A stretch of DNA of 64,000 bases from Eledone cirrhosa (GCA_964016885.1 OZ024740.1:165292001-165356000), one strand, 5' to 3'. Shown: positions 41,552-54,709, counted from the stretch's first letter. The notes: generated from the sequence alone by a model not told the origin. Translations and numbers: made by a program.

Positions 41552-42646
41552 TATACTATATATATAGAGTTATAAACTCAAACAGTCTTTTACAATTAAT
41601 TACCTCAAAGAAAGAAGTATTTCTGTGCCGTGAAATACAAGTTAATATAAATTAATATATATGATAATCACTAATACAATCATATAGGTGTTTGCATTGT
41701 AAATGACCAAGTTAGCTAGATTGAAAAATACTAATTAGATTAATACAGTTTGCCTGTCTCGATTTAAAATAATAAATCAATAAAACCAAACCCATATTGG
41801 CAATGGCCGTGGTACTTGGACAAATTTAAATTTCAAAATCCAAACCTGTTCCGTAGATAAGTTTAAACTTCAAAACCCTAATAAGGTTCGATAATTGAAA
41901 AAGTGAAAAATTCCATCTTCTGCTCTCATCAGCAAGTACCCAGAAAATTGGTATGTTTCACCTCACAATATTTAGGAGAACTGATTGACGCACATGGTTT
42001 TTCAGCGTCTAGCTATCTCATACTCGTGCTGCTAGAAATAACAGCCGTTTTTATGGGATTAAAATTAGCTCAACAAAAGGAGCCGTTATACTATATATAG
42101 AGAGTTATAAACTCAAACAGTCTTTTACAATTAATTAGCTCAAAGAAAGAAGTATTTCTGAGCCGTTATACTATATATATAACTCTATATATATAGTATA
42201 ACGGCTCCTTTAGTTGAGCTAATTTTAATCCCATAAAAACGGCTGTTATTTCTAGCAGCACGAGTATGAGATAGCTAGACGCTGAAAAACCATGTGCGTC
42301 AATCAGTTCTCCTAAATATTTTGAGGTGAAACATACCAATTTTCTGGGTACTTGCTGATGAGAGCAGAAGATGGAATTTTTCACTTTTTCAATTATCGAA
42401 ACTTATTTGGGTTTTGAAGTTTAAACTTATCTACGGAACAGGTTTGGATTTTGAAATTTAAATTTGTCCAAGTACCACGGCCATTGCCAATATGGGTTTG
42501 TTTTTATTGATTTATTATTTTAAATCGAGACAGGCAAACTGTATTAATCTAATTAGTATTTTTCAATCTAGCTAACTTGGTCATTTACAATGCAAACACC
42601 TATATGATTGTATTAGTGTTTATCATATATATTAATTTATATTAAC
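41551..42646. mobile_element. Head-to-head pair of a 535-bp ORF-less unit carrying an atypical HHR (41811-41940 -, 42347-42476 +)
   Basis: gagttataaactcaaacag at 41567 and 42102 (period 535); 42185-42646 is the reverse complement of ~41640-42100. Confidence 0.88.
42347..42476 (+). ncRNA. Atypical type I hammerhead: 8-bp stem I, ~70-nt stem II domain, GGAA variant, long stem III, GUC site
   Basis: GGTACTTG CTGATGA ... C GGAA CAGGTTTGGATTT tg AAATTTAAATTTG TC CAAGTACC. Confidence 0.7.
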
Positions 42647-42689
42647 GTGTACATATATATATATACATATATATGTATATGTGTGTGTT

Positions 42690-42800
42690 TGGCTGAGTAA
42701 TTAGGCCATTAGATTCGCAATCTTGAGGTAGTGAGTTCGATTCCCAGAGCATGCGATGCGTTATGTCCTTGGACAAGATATTTTATTTCAAGTTGCACTT
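42690..42800 (+). mobile_element. tRNA-derived SINE of a second family with CORE-like segment
   Basis: tggctgagtaattag (A-box-like), gagttcgattccc (B box), tgtccttggacaaga. Confidence 0.65.
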
Positions 42801-43452
42801 TCTACCTGGACTTGCGAGCGACAGAGAGTATTACCAATTGGAAAGACCAATGAAAACATTGATTCCTCGGTTAGATTTGAAGATAGTCGTTCGACTGTCG
42901 ATATATATTTATTTATCTATTTATTTATATGTGTGTGTGTGTGTGTGTGTGTGTATTCTTGCTGAAGTAAATATATTTTTCTCTAATCTGCGCCCAGTAT
43001 ACGACATGCGTACATTATCGAAACCAATATGAAGATAAAACAACAACAACAACAATAACAAATACAACACAGGCACAGAAGCCCACTCACATACCATGGT
43101 AGCTAAAATGATAAACGATGTGGAGGATAGGTATCCCTGAATATGTTTCCCCTTCAATGGTTTCCCTTATTTTTTATGCTACGCCTTGGTAACGTCAATG
43201 TTAAAAACTCGTGTCTGGCTAACAATATAAAGTAGAAGGAGATATAAAGAAGATTACGGACAGTATGTTGAATGTTATGGAATTCCTATATTATTACCGG
43301 TCGTCTGAGCAAATAAAAGACATTTCACTGGAACTGGCACTGATTTATTGATCTACGTCTGTAAATATCTACTACATGCATTGACTACATATATGTATGT
43401 AGGTTTATACATATATATGTATGTAGGTTTATACCTACACACACACACACAC

Positions 43453-43491
<39 letters not shown>

Positions 43492-43532
43492 AAGTTATGT
43501 ATGTATATATGTATATATATATATATGCTATA

Positions 43533-43607
<75 letters not shown>

Positions 43608-43789
43608 TAAGTGTGTGTGTGTATATTTATGTGTTGGGGTGAGGGTGTATGTGTGTATAGGTCGATAAGTCTACAGGTATGTGAGCATTTTAGCAAAAAT
43701 GTACACACACACAAACACAGACACACACAAACAAACACAGACACACACAAACACACACAAACACACACAAACACACACACACACACACA

Positions 43790-43833
<44 letters not shown>

Positions 43834-43839
43834 CACACA

Positions 43840-43874
<35 letters not shown>

Positions 43875-44434
43875 GTACCCATATACATTTCAAAATCTCA
43901 TCGGTTAAAATAGAACAGCCTGCACTTTATTGTCAAAGGCTAAGACATCTCTGTATGAATCCATTCATCCAGCAACCCATTACAAAATGTCTATAGCGGA
44001 ATGTCTTGCTACGTACATGTGTGTGTGTGTATATTGCTTGTATGTGTGTGAATCTGACGTAATCGAAAGATTTCCGGATTAAATTGTCTAGTTTCTCCAC
44101 CAAGCTTCAGTTGGCAGCATTTTTACAGCTGCTGAATCCGTGGCGGGAGAATATTTCCCGACTTGCTTTATCTATGCTCTGCAGCATTTTTTTTTTTTCT
44201 CGCTTTTTTTTTTTACGATACAGTTACAATACATAGTGGTTCAATAATATATAAAACTGAAAAGTTAAGGAGAAGAAAAACAAACTCTTCAATTAAAATG
44301 AAACAAATGTGTGAAAGTGTGTGTGTTTGTGTATATATATCTGTCTATATGAATGCCTGCGTGAATATATGGAGGGAAGGTGGCGTGAAAATAATTGACT
44401 AGGTAGGAGGCAGGAAGAGAAAAGAGGAACTATG

Positions 44435-44464
44435 AGTAGTAGTAGTAGCAGCAGTAGCAGCAGC

Positions 44465-44519
<55 letters not shown>

Positions 44520-44648
44520 TGATGATGATGATGACAACGAAGAAGAAGAAGAAGAAGAAGAAGAAGAAGAAGAAGAAGAAGAAGAAGAAGAAGAAGAAGA
44601 AGAAGAAGAAGAAGAAGAAGAAGAAGAAGAAGAAGAAGAAGAAGAAGA
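44435..44648. repeat. Compound (TAG)n-(TGA)n-(GAA)n microsatellite
   Basis: Read directly. Confidence 0.97.
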
Positions 44649-44764
44649 ATGTGTAGTTAAAGATGGAATCAAATGCTACACATGAAAAAGAAACCATTTA
44701 TATTTTATTCCAAACAGCAGAATTCACCGCCGGTTGTAGACAAGTTTATATATATATATATATA

Positions 44765-44795
<31 letters not shown>

Positions 44796-44798
44796 GTG

Positions 44799-44833
<35 letters not shown>

Positions 44834-45149
44834 ATCAAGTATACAAGAAACAAAGAAAGAGACACGAAGAAGCATTAACATAAAGTCTTATTAGTTTCAC
44901 GCTGAAACGAAAGAGAGTTAAACAGTCAACGTGATTGGTATTTGCCCTTCATCAGGAATAATACATGTGTGTGTGTGTGTGTGCATAGTCGATCTCCTAT
45001 CTTTGAACAACTTATTGAACACTCGTTTTTAAGACTGTTCCTTTCTTTTAATGTTTTTTCTTTAAATTGTATATGTATAGTAGTCTATCTACAGGGGAGT
45101 TATGACGAACTCTTCAGGTACAAATGCTGCAGGTGATGATCGTAACTCT

Positions 45150-46510
45150 ATTGAGTGATTAGCGTCCGTCTGTTATTGCGACGCTGAAAAATTCTTTCCA
45201 CAAGAAACTTAAAATAATATTATATCAACCAGGGTAATACGAAAATCTTATACAGGAAAGAGAAAAAGTGAATACTGACATCTTGGGAATACTTGAAACT
45301 AGGTGGTTAGTTGATGGCAAAACTTAGAGAAAATCACACAATATTGTATTTTGCTGGAAAACAGTTAAAGTCTATCGAAAAATAACTAATTGAATACTGG
45401 CTAATTTCACACACAGTAATAATAAAGGAACTACAAGGAAATCTGCAGTATATGCTCCTACTCAAGAACTTGATGAATTGATGAAATAATTCCACCAATA
45501 AATTAAAAATACAATAACATACACCAAAGCTAAAGACGATAGTTATAATTGGAGATTTCTATGGAAGAGTCGGTTGAGAATGTAACAGGTCAATATGGAG
45601 TAGGGGAAAGAGATGAAAACGTGACCGACTAATCAATTTTTGCCCATGAAACTATTTATTAGTCACGAATACTTTATTCAAGCAACAATCAAGAAAATTA
45701 TACGTGGTTTAGCAACCCTGAGACGCTAGCAAAAACACAAAATACGCCGGAGCAGATATCAACCCAAATCATAATCATGTGGTAATTAAATGCGAAATCC
45801 AATCCTTAAAAAGGAAAATGGTTACAGGACTTGAGCAATGTCGCTTAAACTTGCTTAAACCGACAAAATACATACAGAAATTATACAGACATATGAAACA
45901 CATGAATATTTACACAATGAAGAGGAAATTCAAGAACCACGTAATACAGAACACGTAAAAGAAAAATGGAACAAAATACAGCTTGCATGTAATGTTCAGC
46001 AAAGAAAACATTGCCTGAAAGGAAAAGGAAAAAGAAAAACATAAGGAGGACAAATGAAATTCTATCAAAAATCGAAGAAAGAAAGAAATACAAGAGTAAA
46101 GTTCAAAATAGGTCTAGCACCCTAAATAACAAAGTTATGTTATGAATGTAAAAACGAAGATGAGACCAACTGGTTGAATGGTCAAAGGCAAATAGTTGAG
46201 AAACTTCATAACCAACATAAATGAATGATATAATAAATTAGATGATAAACAACAATTGCATGAGTAACCAAAGCAGTCGAAAATGGAAACATACTGTCTG
46301 ATTCATGAGAATATTAAATCTAGATGAGTTAGCCACATAAAAGGAGTGCAGGATAATGAGAACAGACCACCTATCCCATAGTTCAAAGTTGTGAAATAAC
46401 ATAAAATCTTAAAAGAAGAAGAAAAACAATAATTAAAACTGGAAAGGCATTGGAAGGAGATGAAATACCAGGGTAAACATTAAAAATATTAGGGGCCTTA
46501 TGAATAGATC
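45150..46510 (+). pseudogene. Highly decayed RTE-type LINE (APE endonuclease to start of RT)
   Basis: Manual translation: QVYAPT-like (45447), VIIGDF (45542), YGVGERDEN, LLVTNTLFKQ, KTGKALEGDEIP (~46435). Confidence 0.7.
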
Positions 46511-46574
46511 TGAGCACAGTATCGACCGAGGCGAAGGCCGGAAGGCCGCTAGTATATATATATACACACATAGC

Positions 46575-46932
46575 GTTGGACAACATGCTGCATAGCATAG
46601 GGTTACGGCCTTTTACGATCTGAGTTCAAATCTAGCCGAAGTTAGCTTTGTCTTTCATCCTTACGAGGTTGATAAAATAGAGTACCAGTAATGAATTGGG
46701 GTCGATTTAATCGACTTTTCCCTCCCCTTCAAATTGCTGGCTCGTACCTAAAGGCAGTATCGGTAGAGGGTCTAACGCCATGCTTTGTAGCATAGAGTTA
46801 TGTCCCTTTACGTTCTGAGTTCAGATTCTGCCGGGGTTAACTTTGCCTTTCATCCTTACGGGGTCGATAAAATAAAGTACCAGTAATGCACTGGGTAATT
46901 GCTGGCCTTGTGCCAAAAGTAGAAACAATTAT
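46575..46932 (+). mobile_element. Two adjacent SINE copies (~46575-46750 and ~46752-46932)
   Basis: Two ctgagttca..ctttcatccttacg..ataaaata..gtaccagta blocks. Confidence 0.88.
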
Positions 46933-47508
46933 TAAGACCAGTACGAAGACATACCAGGAGCACTCGTTTTCTTGGAGGGACCTCGCCTCCTAGCAACAAA
47001 TGTATTCCTTGCATATCATAGCTTTAGCCCTAAGTTACCCTTCCACTGTCTAATTTATTGTTTTGGCCTACGTAGCATTTAACTCTGTAATTCATCCATT
47101 TCAATTTCTTAGCTTTCAGGACCTTTCTAACTGCAAAGTTTTTTTTTTTATTACTTTCTATATTTTCTTCCTTCCCTTATATATTACAACCCTTTTTGTC
47201 GCTGTTCTATCTCCTTCCTTTATATCAGTTACTTTTGGGTCTTTTTTTCCCAGCACAGATTGAAAAGTTGGTCCAGCCAACGAAATGCATGTTCCTAGTA
47301 TGTTTTCATTGTATTACTGGTCTTCATTAGAATATAATCAAACTCGCCTCATGGGCTTCAGTTGCACTCCGCCTAGCATATCTCTACAAAGTTTTTACTA
47401 TATATGTGTGTGTGTGCATGCTTCCCTTTTATTTTAAAATACACTTTATCAAGTAATCACACAGCTCCCTGTTGCTCCAAATTTATATATATATATATAT
47501 GAGAGAGA

Positions 47509-47612
<104 letters not shown>

Positions 47613-48593
47613 GTGTGTGCGTGTGTGTGTGTGTATGAGTTGGAGACAGAGAGAGAAAGAGAAAATTGGAGAAAAGTGAACACATATATTGAAGAAATTA
47701 TATTTAGAATGTGACCTCAGTTGTAAGACTTGGAATGGAATATAAAGTTTTGTTTTTGTTTGTTAGTTTGTGTTCGTCGTGTATTTTGTTTTCCCTTTTC
47801 TACCTTTGAAGTATTATTATCATTTGAGAAGAACTGGTTTCGCTTTCAAATTGTCATTGCTGATGACAGATTTGACAGTATGAGGAAAGACGTTGGTTGT
47901 TAGGATAAAGGAAGGTAGGGAGATGGTATAAAGCCCTTCTCCATCCCGCTTTACACGCGACGTCAGTCAAAGAGAAAAAGACTTTGCTTTTTTTGACGAA
48001 CTGAAAGAAAATCTGCGGGAACGCTTTACAATGGTCTTGTTAATGATAGTCTTGTTTGGCAGTCGGACTTCACTGTAGCGACAGATATGTCGGCATGGAC
48101 AGACAGAGAGAGAGAGAGAGAGAGAGCGGATAACAAATAAAGAGAGGGACAGATGAAAAGATATGGGGGCAGAAACTAAATAGAGACAAAGAAAGAGACA
48201 ACCAGTCGGAAAACATACAGGCATGTATTCAGACATGAAGAGAGATATAAAAGTGGAAGTGTGAAAGTTGATTGAAAGCTGGTGGTGAAAAGGCATATGC
48301 GTGTGTCTATGTGTGTGTATATTTTTGTGCGTATATACGTGAGCATGAATGTTTATATGTTTGATGTTAAGATGAAAAGATATTTGTGTATGTGTGATAA
48401 AAAGATAAAAATATATAACGGAATAGCAATGAATGTTTCACAAGTAAAGCTCATTGTGGGATGCAAAATAGAGAAACATCGAGTTTTATATACCTTCACC
48501 ACATTCAATCTGCATCTACACACCTTTGAGAGAGAATACCTGTCTGTCTGTTATTCTGCCTGTCTGTCTAATGTGGATTGCTGTTATATTATT

Positions 48594-48806
48594 ATTATCT
48601 AGATAAGGTGGTGGATTGGCAGTATCGGTAGAGGGTCGGACGACATGCTTTGACACATAGAGTTACGGCCCATGCCATTCTGAGTTCAAATCCCGCCGAG
48701 GTTAACTTTGCCTTTCATCCTTACGGGGTCGATAAAATAAAGTACCAGTAATGCACTGGTAATTGCTGGCCTTGTGCCAAATGTAGAAACAATTATCTAG
48801 ATAAGG
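48594..48806 (+). mobile_element. Full-length SINE with 15-bp TSD attatctagataagg (48594-48608 / 48792-48806)
   Basis: A and B boxes, family body, exact direct repeats. Confidence 0.93.
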
Positions 48807-49053
48807 GATCGTTATCTATGACCCGTGTAATATCTTTCCTCATAAGTTTAACTCTGTATGGTTAAAAGTTGTTCTATAATAAAAATAAAATTAAATACTC
48901 CACCTCCCCCCGCACCACCAACACACACATTTGTTTCTCGTGTGGTTAAACATGAGTTTTGAAATTTATATCTGTTCCTTCCTCTTTTAAACGAGGTTTT
49001 AGAAAGGTATTAGCAGCGGAACCCCCAGGTCTACGCATTGGTAAAAATAAATG

Positions 49054-49089
<36 letters not shown>

Positions 49090-49121
49090 CATTTATTATA
49101 TGAACATATATATATATATAT

Positions 49122-49291
49122 ATGTTCATTTTATTAAGGCTGAATAGTGAGTCTTATTACTCTGGAGTTTTCACCTGTTTATCACAGTCACCAGACAAGA
49201 ACAACTGTTGTTCTTGTCTAATGCCCCTGTGATAAACAGGCAAAATACCAGTGCAACAAGACTCACTATTCAGCTTTAATAAAATGAATAT
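49122..49291. repeat. 170-bp imperfect palindrome made of two head-to-head decayed HHR units
   Basis: Centre agacaagaacaac-t-gttgttcttgtct; outer arms ttcattttattaaggctgaatagtgagtctt / aagactcactattcagctttaataaaatgaa. Confidence 0.85.
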
Positions 49292-49375
49292 TAAAGTTCT
49301 ACTTCGGTATTGGGTACTCCTTTCTCTCAGCCGTCAACCACATACGGATATATATATAAATGTGTGTGTGTGTGT

Positions 49376-49480
<105 letters not shown>

Positions 49481-49862
49481 TGAACAGCACATCTTAAACA
49501 TGTGTTATTGAAAACAAGACTACTTTCGACTAATGACAAAATAATTCCCATACAGCTGTAAGGATATACCATAACAGTCAAGCTGTAAGGATATACTGTA
49601 AGTCAATACCATAACAGAAGTAAGACGAGCCTTTCATTCTAGAGTCGGGCCAAATCGATACAGATCGAGCTTTGAGCTGACCAATCGCGTAACGCGCGTC
49701 ACACCTCAATAAATGTAATGATGATCTAATATCTCGCCTATTTATTATTATTATTGCTCTCTGCTTAGTACAACACCAATACACCTACTGGAAAATCCGC
49801 ATCGAGTGCTCACTTTCGTGAACCTACAGTAACTGGACGTTACTATCCCTAAACTATATATA

Positions 49863-49941
<79 letters not shown>

Positions 49942-50569
49942 CATAACATAATCATTACATTAAAGGCAATGTGATTTGTTATAGAGTTTTTATATATTTG
50001 CTCTGTATGAGCTTCTCGAACGTTCATAAAATTTATACGTAATGAATAATGAAGAAATCTTTAGCGGATAACATTATTTGATTGTAATAATTAATATTAT
50101 TTTCGTTTTCGAACCTCCTCCTGAGTCTTTTAATTCAAAATGACTTTTATCTTATAAGTAGCATTTTGGATATAAATATCTATCACCCCCCACCCCCCCA
50201 ATCTCTCTCTCTTTGTATTGTATACATGTATATATGAATTGAGATGTGTACTGCAAATCACACGTAGATATTACTCCTGAAAAAAAAAGATCACACGCCT
50301 GTATATTCAGAGACATATCCAATTATATTTCCCTTGGTGGTCTATCTAGTCACGGACATCAAGAAATAAGACCTTGAGGATAATTTATCAAAAGAAGCCC
50401 AAAGTTTCCTATTTAGAATGATATCATTCCAGAGTTATTTCTATCATTGATATATCGTCAACACTGTTTATGTATAGCTGATGATACTTGGCTGGTGGTG
50501 GTCCTGGTGATAACGAAAATGATGATAGTGGCTGTAGTGGTAGCACACGAAGTGGGGAAGACGGGGGAG

Positions 50570-50812
50570 AGGAGTAGGTGGAGCAAGAGGAGGAATAGGA
50601 GGAGGGGGAGGAGGAGGGGGAGCAGCAGCAGCAGCAGCAGGAGGAGAAGAAGAAGAAGAAGAAGAAGAAGAAGAAGAAGAAGAAGAAGAAGAAGAAGAAG
50701 AAGAAGAAGAAGAAGAAGAAGAAGAAGAAGAAGAAGAAGAAGAAGAAGAAGAAGAAGAAGAAGAAGAAGAAGAAGAAGAAGAAGAAGAAGAAGAAGAAGA
50801 AGAAGAAGAAGA
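50570..50812. repeat. (GGA)n-(GCA)n-(AGA)n compound microsatellite
   Basis: Read directly. Confidence 0.97.
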
Positions 50813-51692
50813 ATCTTGACAATTTCCTAATGTATTATGAAGACGCGGGCTTGTTGGATTTGCATACTATTGAATTAGAAAGCCAACAAAGTACAACACC
50901 TTAGATGAAATTTATATAAATTTAATCAAATAATTGTAAGCATAAAGCTCTTCTAAAATTACAATTTAGTAGGAACGTTCTATATATTCCACTTGTTGTT
51001 GGTATTGTTATTGCTGTTCTTGATGTTATTGCTTGCTTTGTCCAAGCTAAACTGTGTTTGTGCAGTCCTATGATCTAAAATGTTTCAATTGAGACCATCC
51101 AACTTATTACAACATTCAATGAGTTCTTTCGTTTCTATGATATAATGAGGAGTCTGAAGATTTGGCTGCTTTTTTTAGCATGATGAATAGCCACATGCAG
51201 ATTCATTACAAATCTCTACAAGAGGCTGTAGTGTTGATGTTATATATGTTTATATATTCTATGTTTGTGTTTGCAGGAAGGGACTAAATTGTAGAACGAC
51301 TTTGATTGTTTCTTATTTATTTGGCCATATTGACCGATACTGTAGAAACCTAAAATAATAGATTTTACAATATATAGTTGCATGGCCCGATCAATTAAGT
51401 CCATTCTTCCGAAAACATTATTTAAATAGCATTGGTTTCTGTTATTGTTAAGAGCAGGTCTTTTCAACTATCATATACCGTCGTTTTATTTTTCCATAAT
51501 GTACGTTATCAAATGTCTCTCATTTCTCGATGTTAGTTTTGAGATATTTGGCTGCAAGTTCTCGTTGGCATAACCACCGCATGATAACTTTCTCATGGAT
51601 TCCCTCAATATATACTAATAATAAACTGGGTCTTGAGCAATTCTAAGTTGACAAAACTCTTCCATTTTAGATATTCTTCTTGTGACATTCAA

Positions 51693-51741
51693 GGAAATCA
51701 AATAATGCTTTCTTTATTAACCACAAGGGAAATCAAATAAT
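51693..51741 (-). mobile_element. 21-nt Tx1 3'-end insertion with 14-bp TSD
   Basis: ggaaatcaaataat [gctttctttattaaccacaag] ggaaatcaaataat; the insert matches 55632-55652 at 20 of 21 positions. Confidence 0.75.
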
Positions 51742-51775
51742 AAAAAGGCAAACCTACAACATATGTACACACACA

Positions 51776-51919
<144 letters not shown>

Positions 51920-52584
51920 GGGGGGGGGGTTAGTTTACCGCAATTATCAATCTTCTTAGTTAAGTAATATACTCCCCATGACATTGTTTCTGAGGGAATG
52001 AGGCATTATATAATGGTGCCTTGTTTTCTAGGTGTCATTCTTACGTTGCTAATTAACCGAATTGCTGCGATATTTAGTTACACAAAGATTAGGACATATC
52101 ACGTGCGTATATATATATATTTAGATGAAACATGATGAGCGTAATAATATATGAAAACGAAATAAATGAAACAGAAAATGGATGATAGTAACATAAGCTT
52201 AAAAATGGAATAGCAAAAAGGAAAGAAGTTTTTAATCAGAACAAAGAGAAAAGAAGAATGAAGCTAGAAAAGTGAAACATATTTAGTGTACCTTGAAATA
52301 CAGAGAAAGTGAAGGAGAGAGAGAGAAAGAGTGGGAGAGAAAGGGAGAAAAGGGCGAACGAAGAAAAGTTACAGAAGGGTTTGGGCAAAAGAGATGAACA
52401 GGAGGAGAGAATTGGGAAAACGAGAGGTAATAGATATGTACACATACACGCACACACACATACATACGCACACACATGCATATATATATATATATTTATA
52501 TATATACAAATGGAGGTTTAGTAAAATCGATTTTCTGCCAGAAGCACAGTAGCCAACGCTAATTGTCGATCTTTCTTCCTATAG

Positions 52585-52692
52585 AACTGCTCTCAACAAT
52601 GGTGATGCTACATGCGCAGATAATTCACTTCAGAGCGCATCCATATTGATTCGTTTAGGGGAAAGCGGTACCAATATAGAACACCTAGTCTG
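52585..52692 (+). CDS. Candidate isolated 108-bp host exon (phase 2-2), product unknown
   Basis: ctaat branch-like site, then ctttcttcctatag acceptor; open frame TALNNGDATCADNSLQSASILIRLGESGTNIEHLV; donor TG/gtaact. Confidence 0.3.
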
Positions 52693-53035
52693 GTAACTAT
52701 CAAAGAAATTTAAGTATTCCAACAGTTTAACTAAAAGAAAGGTGAGATTTACTTCCGTCACCTGGACCAATTTTTTTTGTTTCGACTCCCGAAAAAATTT
52801 CAAACCACAAATAATAGGAAATTGAATATTGGTAAATTAGAACTTTGAGATATTTCCCAGGCACTTACACACACACACACATATATATATATACATATTG
52901 CTGTATCTCCTTTGTGTTCCTGTCTCTAAATTTTGTACTCCTGAAGCAGGGCTAAACCCCGACACGTCAAACTTTCTTTCCCCTCTTCAATATTAAGCGT
53001 GGTACATTTTAAACCTGTTTGTTGTCTCCTTGAAA

Positions 53036-53167
<132 letters not shown>

Positions 53168-53457
53168 AGTGTGTGTGTGTGTGTGTATGTGTGTGTGTGT
53201 GTGTAAATGTGGGTAATATTAAATATTATCCTATTACAAGCATGAGAATAGTTGAATGTAAAATAACATGTATATTACAGAGATGAAATATTTTATAAAC
53301 ATATATCATAGGCATTAGAAAAGTTTATAAAAGCAGGTGCATAGATCCAATATAAATTTAAGAATATAAAAATACATCTCCAAAATATATTTTAATAAAA
53401 AGTTCGACTACGTCTTTCAGTCATAAGTATATAGATAATCTATTATTCTTCAAAGGT

Positions 53458-53630
53458 AATAATTGTTTCTACTTTTGGCACAAGGCCAGCAAATACTCCA
53501 TTGCATTATTGATACTTTATTTTAACGGCCCCGTAAGGATGAAAGGCAAAGTTAACCTCGGTGAGATTTGAACTCAGACCGTAAAAGAGCGTAACTCTAT
53601 GTTCAGAACACTATACCGCCGCTTTTCCCC
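53458..53630 (-). mobile_element. SINE copy
   Basis: aattgtttctacttttggcacaaggccagc..ccccgtaaggatgaaaggcaaagttaacctcg. Confidence 0.88.
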
Positions 53631-53659
53631 CACCAGAATGAAATTAATCTGGGACTTGG

Positions 53660-54534
53660 ACAGGTGAATATCTGAGATGTTGGTCTACATTACATTAGTA
53701 ATCTTCTCTGTCTTCTTAATATTCTCTACCAGATATTTCATCTTAATCTCATTCCTTCTCAGTCCCTCACTCATCGACACAGTCTCCACCTCCTGCATCC
53801 AATCCTCTGCCTCCTTCACTGTGTTTGTCACCAGAACTATGTCGTCGGCAAATTCAGCATGTGATATCTTTTTCGCTTTAACTCTCCTGCAATGAGCCGG
53901 TGTTACATTAAAGCCAGAGTCCTGGCGTTTGTCCAACGCAAGGCGCATACAATAGTCCACTGCGATGATAAAAAGGACTTCCTGTATTTGGGAGCAAAGA
54001 TTGGGAATACGGAAGATGATGTGGTCGAGAGGAAGAGCAAAGCCTAGGCAGCGTGCCACATCTTGAAATCGGTGTGGAAGTCGGACCTTCCTAAAGACCT
54101 GAAGATGCGTCTCTTTGTGGAGTCTGTGCTGCTGTACGGGTCTGAGACTTATACACTGTCCAAGAAACTTACTCAGATGGTGGATGGCTGCTACACGAGA
54201 ATGCTGAGGATGGCTCTGAGCATTGATCAGTATACACTGAGGATGAAGAACTCAGAGCTGTACGGGAGCCTCTCAAAAGTCTGCTCGAAAGTGACACAGA
54301 GGAGATTGAGGTTAGCTGGACATGCTCACCGACATCCAGCGTTGACACTGCACTCAATGCTCCTGTGGGAGCCTCTGCATGGACACACTCGAAGAGGAAG
54401 ACCGAGGTTAACGTATATTGAGGCCCTAAGGACAGATACTGGTCTCTTGGAGACGCAGGACATGACAGCGATAATGAGGGACAAAGACCGCCTGAGAGAA
54501 CTCGTCCATGGATCTCGGGAATTTTACCTGCCCT

Positions 54535-54536
<2 letters not shown>
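53660..54536 (+). mobile_element. RTE-clade LINE with inverted 5' segment (RT core on minus, ~53660-53975; C-terminus on plus, 53976-54536)
   Basis: Minus: LFIIAVDY..EFADDIVL. Plus: [38 protein letters not shown], then (TA)n. Confidence 0.9.
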
Positions 54537-54576
<40 letters not shown>

Positions 54577-54577
54577 C

Positions 54578-54709
54578 ATTATTAGTTTAGAACGGTAGAG
54601 GTTAACTTTGCCTTTCATCCTTACGGAGTCGATAAAATAAAGTACCAGTAATGTACTGGGTAATTGCTGGCCATGTGCCAAAAGTAGAAACAATTATTAG
54701 TTTAGAACG
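54578..54709 (+). mobile_element. 5'-truncated SINE with 17-bp TSD attattagtttagaacg
   Basis: Direct repeats at 54578-54594 and 54693-54709. Confidence 0.92.

Noticed and set aside
41903-42384. Two near-identical 65-72 aa ORFs on opposite strands
   Set aside because: A by-product of the inverted duplication; antisense to the HHR, GTG start, no motif.
47927-47968. TATAAA followed by Inr-like TCAGTC
   Set aside because: Spacing of ~38 nt is too long and no downstream gene is evident.
52941-52969. HHR-like CTGAAGCA GGG ctaaa CCC C GACA CGTC
   Set aside because: Two core mismatches and no stem I; probably a decayed relic.
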